Source: an uncultured Chloroflexia bacterium (lineage in GTDB: Bacteria; Chloroflexota; Dehalococcoidia; UBA2979). Taken from it: a stretch of DNA of 64,000 nucleotides. Positions 12,909 to 25,726 of the stretch are shown here, piece after piece. The stretch spans positions 704,001 to 768,000 of the forward strand of contig CAVSIV010000001.1 of assembly GCA_963728205.1 (NCBI GenBank). The letters run 5' to 3'. A program made the position numbers and the translations under genes. The first letter of the stretch is position 1; each line of letters starts with the position of its first letter. The notes below the pieces were generated by a model. The model had not been told where the DNA came from, searched no databases, and saw only the letters and a list, made by a program, of their open reading frames with translations.

Positions 12909-14992
12909 TGGTATGCCTCGCTCCTCCGCTCGGTGCCGACCCGCCCCTCGAAGACCATCACGTGCGCCGGCTGCACCGCCGGGTCCAGGCGCACGAAGTT
13001 CCACTCACCACGCCACATGAAGCGCTCGCCGCCGAGGAGGTCGTGGACGACGAAGGGCTCGTCCGCGCCGAGCCCGAGCTCGCCGAGCGGCAGCCCCACC
13101 CAGCCCTCCTGGGGCGAACGCGGATCGAGGTTCACCACCACGAGCACGTGCCGATGTCCGGCCGCGTCAGCGCCGGGCTCGCGCGCCTCCGCGTCCCCGG
13201 CATCAGGGCGATCCGTGTCGCCCGGGGCGTCGCGCCGCGCAGGGGGCTTGATGAACGCGAGGATCTGGGCATTGTCGATCGGCAGGAACCACGGGCGCTC
13301 GCCGTCCTGCAGCGCCGCCAGCTCACGGCGCAGCGCGTTGAGCCGCGCGACCTCGGCCTTGATGTTGCCGGGCGCGTCCCAGTCGCGCGGCTTCACCTGG
13401 TACTTGTCCGAGTCCCGGTACTCCTCGGTGCCCGGGACGGCGTCGTGCTCCACGAGCTCGAAGCCGCTGTAGATCCCGTAGGTGGGCCCGAGGGTAGCCG
13501 CGAGCACGAGCCGCACGAGGAAGGCCGGGCGGCCGCCGAGCTGCAGGTACTCGTGCAGGATGTCCGGCGTGTTCGCGAAGAGGTTCGAGCGCAGGAAGTC
13601 GCTGAGCGGCGGCGTGCCGAGCTCCGTGAAGAACTCCGTGAGCTCCTGCTTCGTGTTGCGCCACGTGAAGTAGCCGTACGACTGCGTGAAGCCGAGCTTC
13701 GCGAGCGCGTTGAGCTTCTTCGGCCGCGTGAACGCCTCGGCCAGGAAGATCACCTCGGGGTGCTCGCGATGCACGCCCTCGATCAGCCACTCCCAGAACG
13801 CGAACTGCTTCGTGTGGGGGTTGTCGACGCGGAAGATCGCGACGCCGTGCTCCACCCAGAAGTCGACGACGCGTCGCAACGCGAGCCAGAGCTCGCGCCA
13901 CGCCTCCGTCTCGAAGTTGAGCGGGTAGATGTCCTGGTATTGCTTCGGCGGATTCTCCGCGTACTTGATGGTGCCGTCCGGGCGGTGGCGGAACCACTCC
14001 GGATGCTCGCGCACCCACGGATGGTCCGGCGAGCACTGGTAGGCGAGGTCGAGCGCGATCTCGAGTCCGTGTCGGCGCGCCTCCTCGACAAACCAGTCGA
14101 AGTCCGCGAGCGAGCCGAGATCGGGGTTCACCGCGAGGTGGCCGCCGGCCTCCGAACCGATCGCCCACGGGCTCCCGGGGTCGTCGGGACCGGCGTGCAG
14201 CGCGTTGTTCGGGCCCTTGCGCTCGGTGTGGCCGATCGGATGGATCGGCGGGAGGTAGAGGACATCGAAGCCCATGCCGGCGATGTCCGGCAGGCGCCCG
14301 GCGGCCTCGCGGAACGTCGCGCTGCGCGAGGGGTCGTGGCCCGCGGAACGGGGGAACATCTCGTACCAGGCGCCGAAGCGTGCACGCTCGCGGTCGACCC
14401 ACAGCTCCAGCTCGTGCGCGTAGCGTGCAGCGTTCGCGCGGTCGGGTGCGGCGGCGACGCGCGCGGCGAGCTCGGCGTCGAGCGCGACCCGCACGCGGTC
14501 GTCCTGCTCCATCGACGTGCTGGCGATCCAGGTGGCGGAAAGGCGCAGCTCGGTGGCGAGGTCCGCGTCGCCGGCGACAGTCGCGCGCGCGGCGGCCTCC
14601 TCGACGATCGCCGCGCCCTCGAACAGTTCCGACCGCACGTCCCAGCCGGCGTCGACGCGCTTGCGCAGGTCGGTGGCCCACGTGGCGAACCGATCGATCC
14701 ACGCCTCCACGGTGTAGCGGTACACGCCCAGGCGCTCGACGCGGAACGCCCCGTCCCATTCGTCGTTGCCGCGGTCGCGCAGGGGGGTCTCCGACCAGCC
14801 GTCGTCTCCGCCATGGCAGTAGCGGAGGCGCGCGTCGATGGCGTCGTGGCCGTCGGCGAAGACGTGGGCGCGCACGGTGACGACGTCGCCGATGGTGCGC
14901 TTCACGCGATAGCGGCCGGCGTCGATCTCGGGGAAGACGGCGTCGACGACGACGCGCGGCGGACGGGCGTGGGGCGGTTCGGCAGCGGGCAT
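12905..14992 (-). CDS. glgE: Alpha-1,4-glucan:maltose-1-phosphate maltosyltransferase
   Basis: Motifs [56 protein letters not shown]. Confidence 0.95.
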   Translation of the reverse strand: MPAAEPPHARPPRVVVDAVFPEIDAGRYRVKRTIGDVVTVRAHVFADGHDAIDARLRYCHGGDDGWSETPLRDRGNDEWDGAFRVERLGVYRYTVEAWIDRFATWATDLRKRVDAGWDVRSELFEGAAIVEEAAARATVAGDADLATELRLSATWIASTSMEQDDRVRVALDAELAARVAAAPDRANAARYAHELELWVDRERARFGAWYEMFPRSAGHDPSRSATFREAAGRLPDIAGMGFDVLYLPPIHPIGHTERKGPNNALHAGPDDPGSPWAIGSEAGGHLAVNPDLGSLADFDWFVEEARRHGLEIALDLAYQCSPDHPWVREHPEWFRHRPDGTIKYAENPPKQYQDIYPLNFETEAWRELWLALRRVVDFWVEHGVAIFRVDNPHTKQFAFWEWLIEGVHREHPEVIFLAEAFTRPKKLNALAKLGFTQSYGYFTWRNTKQELTEFFTELGTPPLSDFLRSNLFANTPDILHEYLQLGGRPAFLVRLVLAATLGPTYGIYSGFELVEHDAVPGTEEYRDSDKYQVKPRDWDAPGNIKAEVARLNALRRELAALQDGERPWFLPIDNAQILAFIKPPARRDAPGDTDRPDAGDAEAREPGADAAGHRHVLVVVNLDPRSPQEGWVGLPLGELGLGADEPFVVHDLLGGERFMWRGEWNFVRLDPAVQPAHVMVFEGRVGTERRSEAYQ

Positions 14993-15008
14993 GCGGCTCA
15001 CAACGCGA

Positions 15009-17144
<2,136 letters not shown>

Positions 17145-17261
17145 ACCATTCCACGCGGTGCCGCGGGCCGGTTGGCACTCGCGGGTCGTCTTCAGCATAC
17201 GTGGCGCGCGGACGCGCAGACGTCGACGGAGTCGCCGTCGCCCTCGTGCCCGGTCGCCGCA

Positions 17262-17277
17262 ATGATTCTGCAATCAT
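17262..17277. promoter_or_regulatory. Palindromic operator candidate between divergent glgX and otsA
   Basis: ATGATT-CTGC-AATCAT, lying in the most AT-rich stretch of the window. Confidence 0.4.
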
Positions 17278-17357
17278 CGAATGCGCCGCAGGCGGCTCAT
17301 GAAACGAATTCGTACACGGAATTTAAACCAACCGAAATCAGGGGCCTCAACCACCCG

Positions 17358-17366
17358 TGGTATGAT
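17358..17366 (+). promoter_or_regulatory. Extended -10 promoter element for otsA
   Basis: TG-G-TATGAT, about 185 nt upstream of the otsA start. Confidence 0.5.
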
Positions 17367-17549
17367 TCCCGCAGTTGGACGGTCGAGATGCTCTCCCGAG
17401 CAACGTGTTCGCCCCCGTCCATTTGCGAAGCGTCGGCTGCCAGCAGGGCAGAATTCGGGCGCTTCACGTACGCAGAGGGAACAGGTGTTCGTCAACGCCG
17501 ATTGGGCCTCGACTCTGCACGTCCGTTGCGGGTCGAAGGAAGGTTCAGC

Positions 17550-18917
17550 GTGTCCGACCAGCGGCTCGTGATCGTGTCGAACCGCGTGCCGCCGCCGCCG
17601 GCGGACGACGGTCCGTGGCCGGCCGGCGGGCTCGTCTCGGCGCTGCTCCCGGCGCTCCTGCGTCGCGGCAATACGATGTGGTTCGGCTGGAGCGGCCAGA
17701 CGGGGGACCCGTTCGGGCCGCTGCATTCCGCGAGCGCCCAGGGCATCGAGTTCCGCACGCTGGACCTCTCGGAGGACCAGGTCGAGCAGTACTACGGTGG
17801 CTTCTGCAACCGTGTGCTCTGGCCCGCGCTGCACGGTCTCGGCGGCGAGGACGTCTCCACCCCCACCTATTTCGACACCTATCGCTCCGTGAATCGCCGG
17901 TTCGCGGCATCGCTCACCCCGCAGCTGCGCCCGGACGACCTCGTCTGGGTGCACGACTACCACCTCTTCCCGCTCGGCCAGGAGCTGCGGCGCCTCGGCT
18001 GGACGGGCCCGCTCGGCTACTTCCACCACACGCCGATCCCCGACGCGGACGGCTGGTCCGACATCCCGCACTCTGATCGCATCGGCGGCTGCCTCGACGC
18101 GTACGACCTCGTCGGCGTGCAGACCACGCGCGACGCGGTGCACCTCAGCGGCATCGTCGGCCCGCGCGGCCGCTTCCGCATCGGCGTGTACCCCGCCGCC
18201 ATCGATCCGGACCGCTTCCGCGCGCTGGCGCGGAACTACCGCGCGAACCCGCTACACCGCGCGCGCGACGAGCGCCTGGTGATGATGGGCGTCGACCGCC
18301 TCGACTACACGAAGGGCATCCTCGAGCGGATCAAGGCGTTCGGGCGACTGCTCATCGACGACCCGACGATCGCCGAGCGCGTGCGCTTCGTGCAGTGGGC
18401 GGCCCCGTCGCGCTCCGACGTGCCCGAGTACCAGGCGTACCGGCGCGAGGTGGAGGCGGCGGTGCGCCGCATCAACGAGCGGTTCGGCGACCTGAAGCCG
18501 GTGCAGCTCGAGGTCGCTCCGCACACCCCGGAGGAGGTGGCTGCAGCGCTGCGGTCCGCCGACATCTGCCTGATCACGTCGATCGCCGACGGCATGAACC
18601 TCGTCGCCAAGGAGTTCGCGGCGGTGCACTCGCCGGCGGACCCGGGGGTGCTCATCCTCTCCGACACGTGCGGCGCCTCCGAGCAGCTGAGCGACGCGCT
18701 CCCCGTGCGCGCGAACGACGTCGCGTCCATCAGCGACGCGATCCGACGCGCGATCGAGATGCCGTTCGACGAGCGCGCCGCCCGCGCGCGCCGGCTGCGC
18801 CGCACCGTGGACACCTTCACGACCGCGGAGTGGCTCAATCGCTTCGAGCACGACCTGCAGGTGGCCGCGCGCGAGAGCGCAACGGCCGGGTACGGCGCGG
18901 AGCTCGTCGCGAGCTAG
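17550..18917 (+). CDS. otsA: Trehalose-6-phosphate synthase (GT20)
   Basis: Motifs LVIVSNRVP, GGLV, WFGWSG, WVHDYHL, GVDRLDYTKGI, DGMNLVAKE. GTG follows a GAAGGAAGG SD. Confidence 0.92.
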   Translation: MSDQRLVIVSNRVPPPPADDGPWPAGGLVSALLPALLRRGNTMWFGWSGQTGDPFGPLHSASAQGIEFRTLDLSEDQVEQYYGGFCNRVLWPALHGLGGEDVSTPTYFDTYRSVNRRFAASLTPQLRPDDLVWVHDYHLFPLGQELRRLGWTGPLGYFHHTPIPDADGWSDIPHSDRIGGCLDAYDLVGVQTTRDAVHLSGIVGPRGRFRIGVYPAAIDPDRFRALARNYRANPLHRARDERLVMMGVDRLDYTKGILERIKAFGRLLIDDPTIAERVRFVQWAAPSRSDVPEYQAYRREVEAAVRRINERFGDLKPVQLEVAPHTPEEVAAALRSADICLITSIADGMNLVAKEFAAVHSPADPGVLILSDTCGASEQLSDALPVRANDVASISDAIRRAIEMPFDERAARARRLRRTVDTFTTAEWLNRFEHDLQVAARESATAGYGAELVAS

Positions 18918-18923
18918 TCGGTG

Positions 18924-19018
18924 GTTCGACTGCGCTCACCACGATCGTTCGACTGCGCTCACCACGAACGGGACGCCGCGGGGTCTCCTCCCGCGACCGT
19001 GCGCGGCGAGCGCAGTCG
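18924..19018. repeat. REP-like cluster: two direct 21-bp copies plus an inverted partial copy
   Basis: GTTCGACTGCGCTCACCACGA at 18924-18944 and 18947-18967. GAGCGCAGTCG, the reverse complement of the core, is at 19008-19018. Confidence 0.75.
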
Positions 19019-19023
19019 GAGCG

Positions 19024-20937
19024 TCAGTCCTGCTCGTGCGCGGCGCGCGAGAGGTGGACCGCCGCGTTGATCATGGACAGGTGACTGAACGCCTGCGGGA
19101 AGTTCCCCAGCATCCCGTCGTCGACGTCGGTCTCCTCGCTGTACAGCCCGAGGTCGTTCGCGACGGCCATCGCGCGGCAGAACAGGTCGCGTGCCTCGTC
19201 GATTTCGCCGAGCTCGACGAGGTTGTCGCATAGCCAGAACGTGCAGATCGTGAACGTCCCCTCGTCGCCGCCGACGCCGTCGTCGAGGTTGCGGTAGCGG
19301 TAGACAAAGCCCTGGTCGTTCGTAAGGTCGCGCTTGATGACCTCGATGGTCGACCGCATCTTCGGGTCGTTCGCGTCGATGAAGCGGAACAGCGGCAGCA
19401 TCAGCACCGACGCATCGAGCGCGTCGCTGCCGTATGCCTGTGTGAACGCGCCGATGCGCTCGTTGAACCCCTGCGCGAGCACGTCCACGCGGATCTCGTC
19501 ACGGACCCGCCGCCAGCGTTCGACGTCGCCGGGCAGACCCGTCTCCTCGACGGCGCTGACGGCACGGTCGAGCGCCACCCAGCACATGGCCTTCGAGAAG
19601 ACGAAGTGCTGGCGGTCGCCGCGCGACTCCCAGACGCCGTCGTCGGGCTCGCGCCAGTGGTCGATCACGAAGTCGACCACGCCGCGCAGGAACTCCCAGT
19701 ACTCGGGATCGACCTCGTTGCCGAGCCGCCGGTAGAGGTGTGCTGAGTCCATCAGCTCGCCGTAGATGTCGAGCTGAAACTGGCCCTGCGCGCCGTTGCC
19801 GATGCGGACGGGGCGCGAGTCGCGATAGCCGCGCAGCGGCAGCTCCTGCTCCGTGAGCCGGTGCTCGCCGCCGAGGCCGTACATGACGCGCAGCTCGGCC
19901 GGGTGGCCGGCGGTGCTCCACTCGAGCCATTCCTTGAACGTGGCGGCCTCGCGGTGCAGCCCGACGATCGAGAGCGCGTAGACGGCGAACGCGGCGTCGC
20001 GGATCCAGGTGAAGCGGTAGTCCCAGTTGCGCGGCCCGCCGATGTGCTCGGGCAGCGAGGTGGTGGGCGCCGCGACGAGCGCTCCCGTCGGGGCGTGCGA
20101 GAGCGCCTTCAGCGTCAGCGCCAATCGCAGGACCTGGTCCGCGAACTCGCCCTCGTAGTCGAAGGTCGACGCCCACTTCTCCCAGAAGTCGGTGGTGTCC
20201 GCGAGCAGTCGGTCGAAGGCGTGCTCGGTGACGTCCTCGGCGCGATGCCCGAACCGCGACTCGTAGGAGACGGCGGCGGTCATCCACTTGCCCTCGGCCA
20301 GGCGCGCCTCGCCGACGTAGCCGTCGCCCTCGATGCGCAGCGGCGCGGAGCAATAGAGTGCGATGGCGTCGGCGCCGCCGTGCGCGAAGCCGTTGTGCTC
20401 GTCGACGAGCGCCACGTGCGGGCGGATCGACCCGTAGTCGAAGCGGGGCTGGCAGTCGAGCCGCACGTCGACGGAGCCCTCGACGCACTCGAGGATGCGC
20501 GCGACGAGGTGCGACGTTTGCACCGACTTCGGTTGCGCCGGATCGGACTCCGGTTCGATCGCCATGAAGTCGGTGAGCCGTGCGACGCCGGAGTTCGTCT
20601 CGAAGGTCGTCTCGAGGACGTTAGTGCGCGGGAGGTAGCGGCGGGTGACGTTGCGGATGCCGACCGGCGTGATCGCGAAGTGGCCGCCACGGCCCCAGTC
20701 GATGATGCGTCCGAACACCGATGCGCTGTCGAAGCGGGGGAAGCACAGCCAATCAATCGAGCCGGCGCGCGAAACGAGTGCGCAGGAGTGGGTGTCGCCG
20801 ATCAGGCCGTAGTCGGCGATCGGGGGGTAGTCCTGCTCGGGCTCGGCGGACGGCGCCGCCGGGCCCTTGCCGCCGCCGACCGCCTCATGGTCCTCTGCCG
20901 GCGCGTCGTGGCCGGTGTGGGGTGGTGTGTCGGGCAT
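19024..20937 (-). CDS. Glycoside hydrolase family 15 (trehalase/glucoamylase-like)
   Basis: Motifs IADYGLIGD, IDWLCFPRFDS, AAPTTSLPE, RNWDYRFTWIRD, QLDIYGE, LGNFPQAFSH. Confidence 0.92.
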   Translation of the reverse strand: MPDTPPHTGHDAPAEDHEAVGGGKGPAAPSAEPEQDYPPIADYGLIGDTHSCALVSRAGSIDWLCFPRFDSASVFGRIIDWGRGGHFAITPVGIRNVTRRYLPRTNVLETTFETNSGVARLTDFMAIEPESDPAQPKSVQTSHLVARILECVEGSVDVRLDCQPRFDYGSIRPHVALVDEHNGFAHGGADAIALYCSAPLRIEGDGYVGEARLAEGKWMTAAVSYESRFGHRAEDVTEHAFDRLLADTTDFWEKWASTFDYEGEFADQVLRLALTLKALSHAPTGALVAAPTTSLPEHIGGPRNWDYRFTWIRDAAFAVYALSIVGLHREAATFKEWLEWSTAGHPAELRVMYGLGGEHRLTEQELPLRGYRDSRPVRIGNGAQGQFQLDIYGELMDSAHLYRRLGNEVDPEYWEFLRGVVDFVIDHWREPDDGVWESRGDRQHFVFSKAMCWVALDRAVSAVEETGLPGDVERWRRVRDEIRVDVLAQGFNERIGAFTQAYGSDALDASVLMLPLFRFIDANDPKMRSTIEVIKRDLTNDQGFVYRYRNLDDGVGGDEGTFTICTFWLCDNLVELGEIDEARDLFCRAMAVANDLGLYSEETDVDDGMLGNFPQAFSHLSMINAAVHLSRAAHEQD

Positions 20938-21027
20938 CGACTGCTCCCATCGCCGTGAACATCCCCAGTCCAGCCTACGATCTCGTGCGCAAGGCGCCCG
21001 CGGCGGGGGCGGGGGCAGGAGCAGCCA

Positions 21028-22449
21028 ATGGCGGAGCACGCCACGAAGATCGTCGCGACGCTGGGGCCGGCGTCGGCGGACGCCGAGACGCTGCGCGCGA
21101 TGATCGCGGCAGGGCTCGACGTGGCGCGCGTGAACTTCTCGCACGCGGACCACGACACGGCGCGCGAGTGGGTGGCGCGGCTGCGGGCACTCGCTGCCGA
21201 GGCGGGGCGGCCGCTCGCGATCCTCGGCGACCTCCAGGGACCGAAGGTGCGGCTCGGCCCGCTCGACGCACCCCTCGACCTCGCCGCGGGCGCGCGGCTG
21301 ACGCTCGCCGTGGCACCCGGTCACGCCGGGCCGGACGTCGTGTCGTGCGACTACCCCGGCCTCCCCGGCGCGGTCGCGGTCGGCGGCCGCGTCTACCTGC
21401 GCGACGGCACGCTGGAGCTCGAGGTCACGGCCACCGGCGCGGCGGGCATCGACACGCGGGTGCTGCGGGGTGGCCGGCTGAGCGGGCACGACGGCGTGAA
21501 CCTGCCGGGCGCGCACGTCGACCTGCCGGCGCTCAGCGCGCAGGACCGCGACGACCTGCGCTTCGCCGCCGAGCAGGGGATGGACTACGTCGCGCTTTCG
21601 TTCGTGCGACGACCGCAGGACGTGCGCGACGCGCGCGCCGTGCTGGATGAGCTGGGGATGGATGCGGGGCTGATCGCGAAGATCGAGACACGGCGGGCGC
21701 TGGAGACGCTGGACGGGGTGCTCGACGCGGCGGACGGCGTGATGGTCGCGCGCGGGGACCTGGCGGTGGAGGTCGGGCCGGAGCTCGTGCCGGTGTGGCA
21801 GCGGCGGATCATCGCCGCGGCGCGGCGGCGGCTGATCCCGGCGATCGTCGCCACCGAGATGCTCGAGAGCATGCGCGAGCGTGCGACGCCGACGCGCGCG
21901 GAGGCGAGCGATGTGGCGCACGCCGTGTGGGACGGCGCCGACGCCGTGATGCTGTCCGCGGAGAGCGCGGTGGGCCGGCACCCCGTGGAGGCGGTCGCGA
22001 TGATGGACCGCATTCTGCGCGAGGCCGAGTCGGTCGACACGGGTGGGATGCCGTCTCATGCCGGGGGCTCGCCCGGGTCGGAGGCGGCCGATCACGCGAT
22101 TGGGGTGGCGGTGGGGCAGATCCTGGCCGGCGACCACGCCGTGCGGGGCGTCGTCGCGTTCACCGTGAGCGGCTACTCCGCGCGGCTGATCGCGGCGGCG
22201 CACCCGCGCCAGCCGGTGCTGGCGCTGACGCCGGAGCCGCGGGTGCGCGCGCGGCTCGCGCTGGTGCGCGGCGTGACGGCGGTGCGCTGCGAGCCGCCGC
22301 GCGACGAGGCCGAGATGCTCGCGACGGTCGACCGCGAGGCGCGCGCCGCGTTCGACGCGGCGCCGGGCGACACCGTGGTGCTGGTCGGCGCGATGCCCAT
22401 CGGCCGGGGGCACGGGACGAACTTCCTCGCGCTGCACCGGATCGCGTGA
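21028..22449 (+). CDS. pyk: Pyruvate kinase
   Basis: Motifs TKIVATLGPAS, RVNFSH, DLQGPKVR, AKIE, MVARGDL, PTRAEASD, DAVMLSAE. Confidence 0.95.
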   Translation: MAEHATKIVATLGPASADAETLRAMIAAGLDVARVNFSHADHDTAREWVARLRALAAEAGRPLAILGDLQGPKVRLGPLDAPLDLAAGARLTLAVAPGHAGPDVVSCDYPGLPGAVAVGGRVYLRDGTLELEVTATGAAGIDTRVLRGGRLSGHDGVNLPGAHVDLPALSAQDRDDLRFAAEQGMDYVALSFVRRPQDVRDARAVLDELGMDAGLIAKIETRRALETLDGVLDAADGVMVARGDLAVEVGPELVPVWQRRIIAAARRRLIPAIVATEMLESMRERATPTRAEASDVAHAVWDGADAVMLSAESAVGRHPVEAVAMMDRILREAESVDTGGMPSHAGGSPGSEAADHAIGVAVGQILAGDHAVRGVVAFTVSGYSARLIAAAHPRQPVLALTPEPRVRARLALVRGVTAVRCEPPRDEAEMLATVDREARAAFDAAPGDTVVLVGAMPIGRGHGTNFLALHRIA

Positions 22450-22595
22450 CGGGCGCGCGGTCCGGGCGAGCCGCAGGTGGGCGGCTGGCATGACGGCACG
22501 CGGCGGGCCTGCCGTGGGTGCGGACGCCTCTGCGCGGCGTGAGGTGGCGGCCCTCCGGGGACGAGAGGGGCCTATTGCACCCGCGGTCAGTGTCC

Positions 22596-22737
22596 CGGGG
22601 GCGCCGTGCGCGCGTGAACGTCACCCACAGCGGCGGCAGATATGCCCGACAGAAGCGCGGCGCCAGCCGCGGACTGCGTCCGCGTCCTGTCGGCGGCATA
22701 TCTGCCGCCGCTTTGACGTTCCGCGGGGCCGGAAGCC
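22596..22737. repeat. Dispersed hairpin element, copy A (REPIN/MITE-like)
   Basis: Perfect 18-bp inverted arms AGCGGCGGCAGATATGCC (22629-22646) and GGCATATCTGCCGCCGCT (22695-22712). Homologous to 59078-59218. Confidence 0.8.
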
Positions 22738-22752
22738 TGCAGCGCCGCCGGA

Positions 22753-23406
22753 TCAGCCGCTCGCGGCCCGGTCGGCGTAGACCACCACCTGCGCGGCGGC
22801 GACGCGGGCCGCGGGGATCTCGAGGTCGCCGTCCAGCAGGCGCCGCAGCGGCTCGCGCTTGCGCTCGCCGGCGACCAGGAACATCGCGACCGAAGCGGCG
22901 GAGAGCACTGGCAGCGTCAGCGTCAGGCGCGGGTGGTCCGGCCGGTCCACCCGAGTGACCAGGTGCGAGCGGTCCTCGAGCGCGGCGTCGCCGGGGAAGA
23001 GCGACGCCGTGTGGCCGTCGTCTCCGAGCCCGAGAATCAGAAGGTCGAACCGGGGCACGCCCGGCCCGAAGACATCCGCGAGGGCCCGCTCGTAGCCGAG
23101 CGCGTCGCACGTCTCGCCGTGCATGCGGTGCACGCGCGCCGGGACGTGCGCGAGCAGCGACTCCAGCGCCATGCGGTAGTTCGAGTCGGGGTCGTCCGGG
23201 GGCACGCAGCGCTCATCGCCGAAGAAGACGTCGATCTCCCGCCACGGCAGCGGGGCCTCCACGAGGCGCGCGTACACGGGGCGGGGCGTCGCGCCGCCGG
23301 CGAGCGCGAGTGTGCGGGGGCGCAACGCTGCGATCGCCCCCGCGGCGTCCACCGCGAGGTCGTCGACGATGCGCAGCTCGGGGCGCGCGGCGGGGGGCGG
23401 CGCCAT
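22753..23406 (-). CDS. pgl: 6-phosphogluconolactonase
   Basis: Motifs ALAGGATP, FFGDERCVPPDDPDSNY, LGLGDDGHTASLFPG, RLTLT. Confidence 0.93.
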   Translation of the reverse strand: MAPPPAARPELRIVDDLAVDAAGAIAALRPRTLALAGGATPRPVYARLVEAPLPWREIDVFFGDERCVPPDDPDSNYRMALESLLAHVPARVHRMHGETCDALGYERALADVFGPGVPRFDLLILGLGDDGHTASLFPGDAALEDRSHLVTRVDRPDHPRLTLTLPVLSAASVAMFLVAGERKREPLRRLLDGDLEIPAARVAAAQVVVYADRAASG

Positions 23407-23408
23407 GC

Positions 23409-24832
23409 TCAGTGGAGGTGCCACTCACGCGGGCGGATGACCTCGTCGGCCTCCTCGGGGCCCCAGCTGCCCGCGGGATACGTGTAGACCGCCGGCATCG
23501 CGTCGAGCACCGGCTGCACGATCTCCCATGCGCGGTCGACCGTGTCGCTGCGCAGGAAGAGGGTGCGGTCGCCATCCATCGCGTCGAGCAGCAGCCGCTC
23601 GTAGGCCTCGGGCGGCTGCGACTTGAACTGCTCTCCGTAGCTGAAGTTCATGCGCACCGGCGTCAGCTTGATCTCCGGGCCGGGCGTCTTCGCCAGGAAG
23701 GACAGCGTGATCGCCTCGGCGGGCTGGATGCGCAGCGTGAGGTGGTTCGGGCTGAGGCGCTCGGCCTCGCCTTCCTGCAGCGTGCCCTCGAAGAGCATGA
23801 CCGGCGCCTCGCGGAACTGGACATGCACCTCGGTCACGCGACGGGGCAGGCGCTTGCCGGACCGCAGGTAGAACGGCACGCCGGACCAGCGCCAGTTGTC
23901 GATCTCGATGCGCATCGCCGCGTAGGACTCGGCATGCGACTTCGGGTCGACGCCCTCCTCCTCGCGGTAGCCGGGCACGGCGTGGCCGTCGATCTCGCCG
24001 CTGGCGTACTGGCCGAGCACGATGTGCTTGGGCTCGAGCGGCGGGATCGCGCGCAGGACCTTGCTCTTTTCGTCCTGGATCGCGTCGGCGTGGAAGGACG
24101 CCGGCGGCTCCATCGTGAGCAACGCCAGCATCTGCAGGACGTGGTTCTGGATGATGTCGCGCAGCGCGCCGACCTCTTCGTAGAAGTGGCCGCGGCCCTC
24201 GACGCCGACCGACTCGGCCACGGTGATCTGCACGTTGTCGATCGCGTCGCGGTGCCAGACGCGCTCGAACAGCGCGTTGCCGAAGCGGAAGACGAGGATG
24301 TTCTGCACCGTCTCCTTGCCCAGGTAGTGGTCGATGCGGAAGACCTGGTCTTCGTCGAAGTGGCGGTGCAGTACCTCGTCGAGCTCGCGGCCGGACGCGA
24401 GGTCGTGGCCGAACGGCTTCTCCACGACGAGCCGCGTGCCTTCGATTAGGTCGTGCGAAGCGAGCTCCGAGATCATCGGCGGGAAGGCCGACGGCGGCGT
24501 CGCGAGGTAGATGAGGCGGTGCGGCTCCTTCGCCCGGTTCACCAGCTCGGCGAGCCCGTGCTCGCGTCCCGACACATAGCTGAGGCGCGCGCAGAACGAC
24601 GCCCACGCGTCGTCGTCAAAGGGGCGGCGCGAATAGGTGCGGATGGCGTTCGCGGCGAGCTCGTGGAACGCGCCCGGCTCCATCTCGCCGCGGGCGTACC
24701 CGAGGATCTTGCCCTCCGGCGGCAGCAGCCCGTCGAGGTGCAGGTTGTAGAGCGCCGGCAGGAGCTTGCGCTGCGAGAGGTCGCCCGTGGCGCCGACGAC
24801 GATCAGGTCCTGGGCCGGGGGTGGGGCGAGCG

Positions 24833-24836
<4 letters not shown>
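23409..24836 (-). CDS. zwf: Glucose-6-phosphate 1-dehydrogenase
   Basis: Motifs GATGDL, EKPFGHDL, RIDHYLGKETVQN, GALRDIIQNH, WRWSGVPFYLRSGK. Confidence 0.96.

Positions 24837-25722
<886 letters not shown>

Positions 25723-25726
<4 letters not shown>

Noticed and set aside
13150-13245. Low-complexity insertion near the GlgE C-terminus ([30 protein letters not shown])
   Set aside because: It is probably an in-frame surface-loop expansion, with no repeat or mobile-element signature.
18924-18967. Direct repeats as a possible mini-CRISPR
   Set aside because: Only two copies separated by 2 nt, with no spacers and no cas genes.
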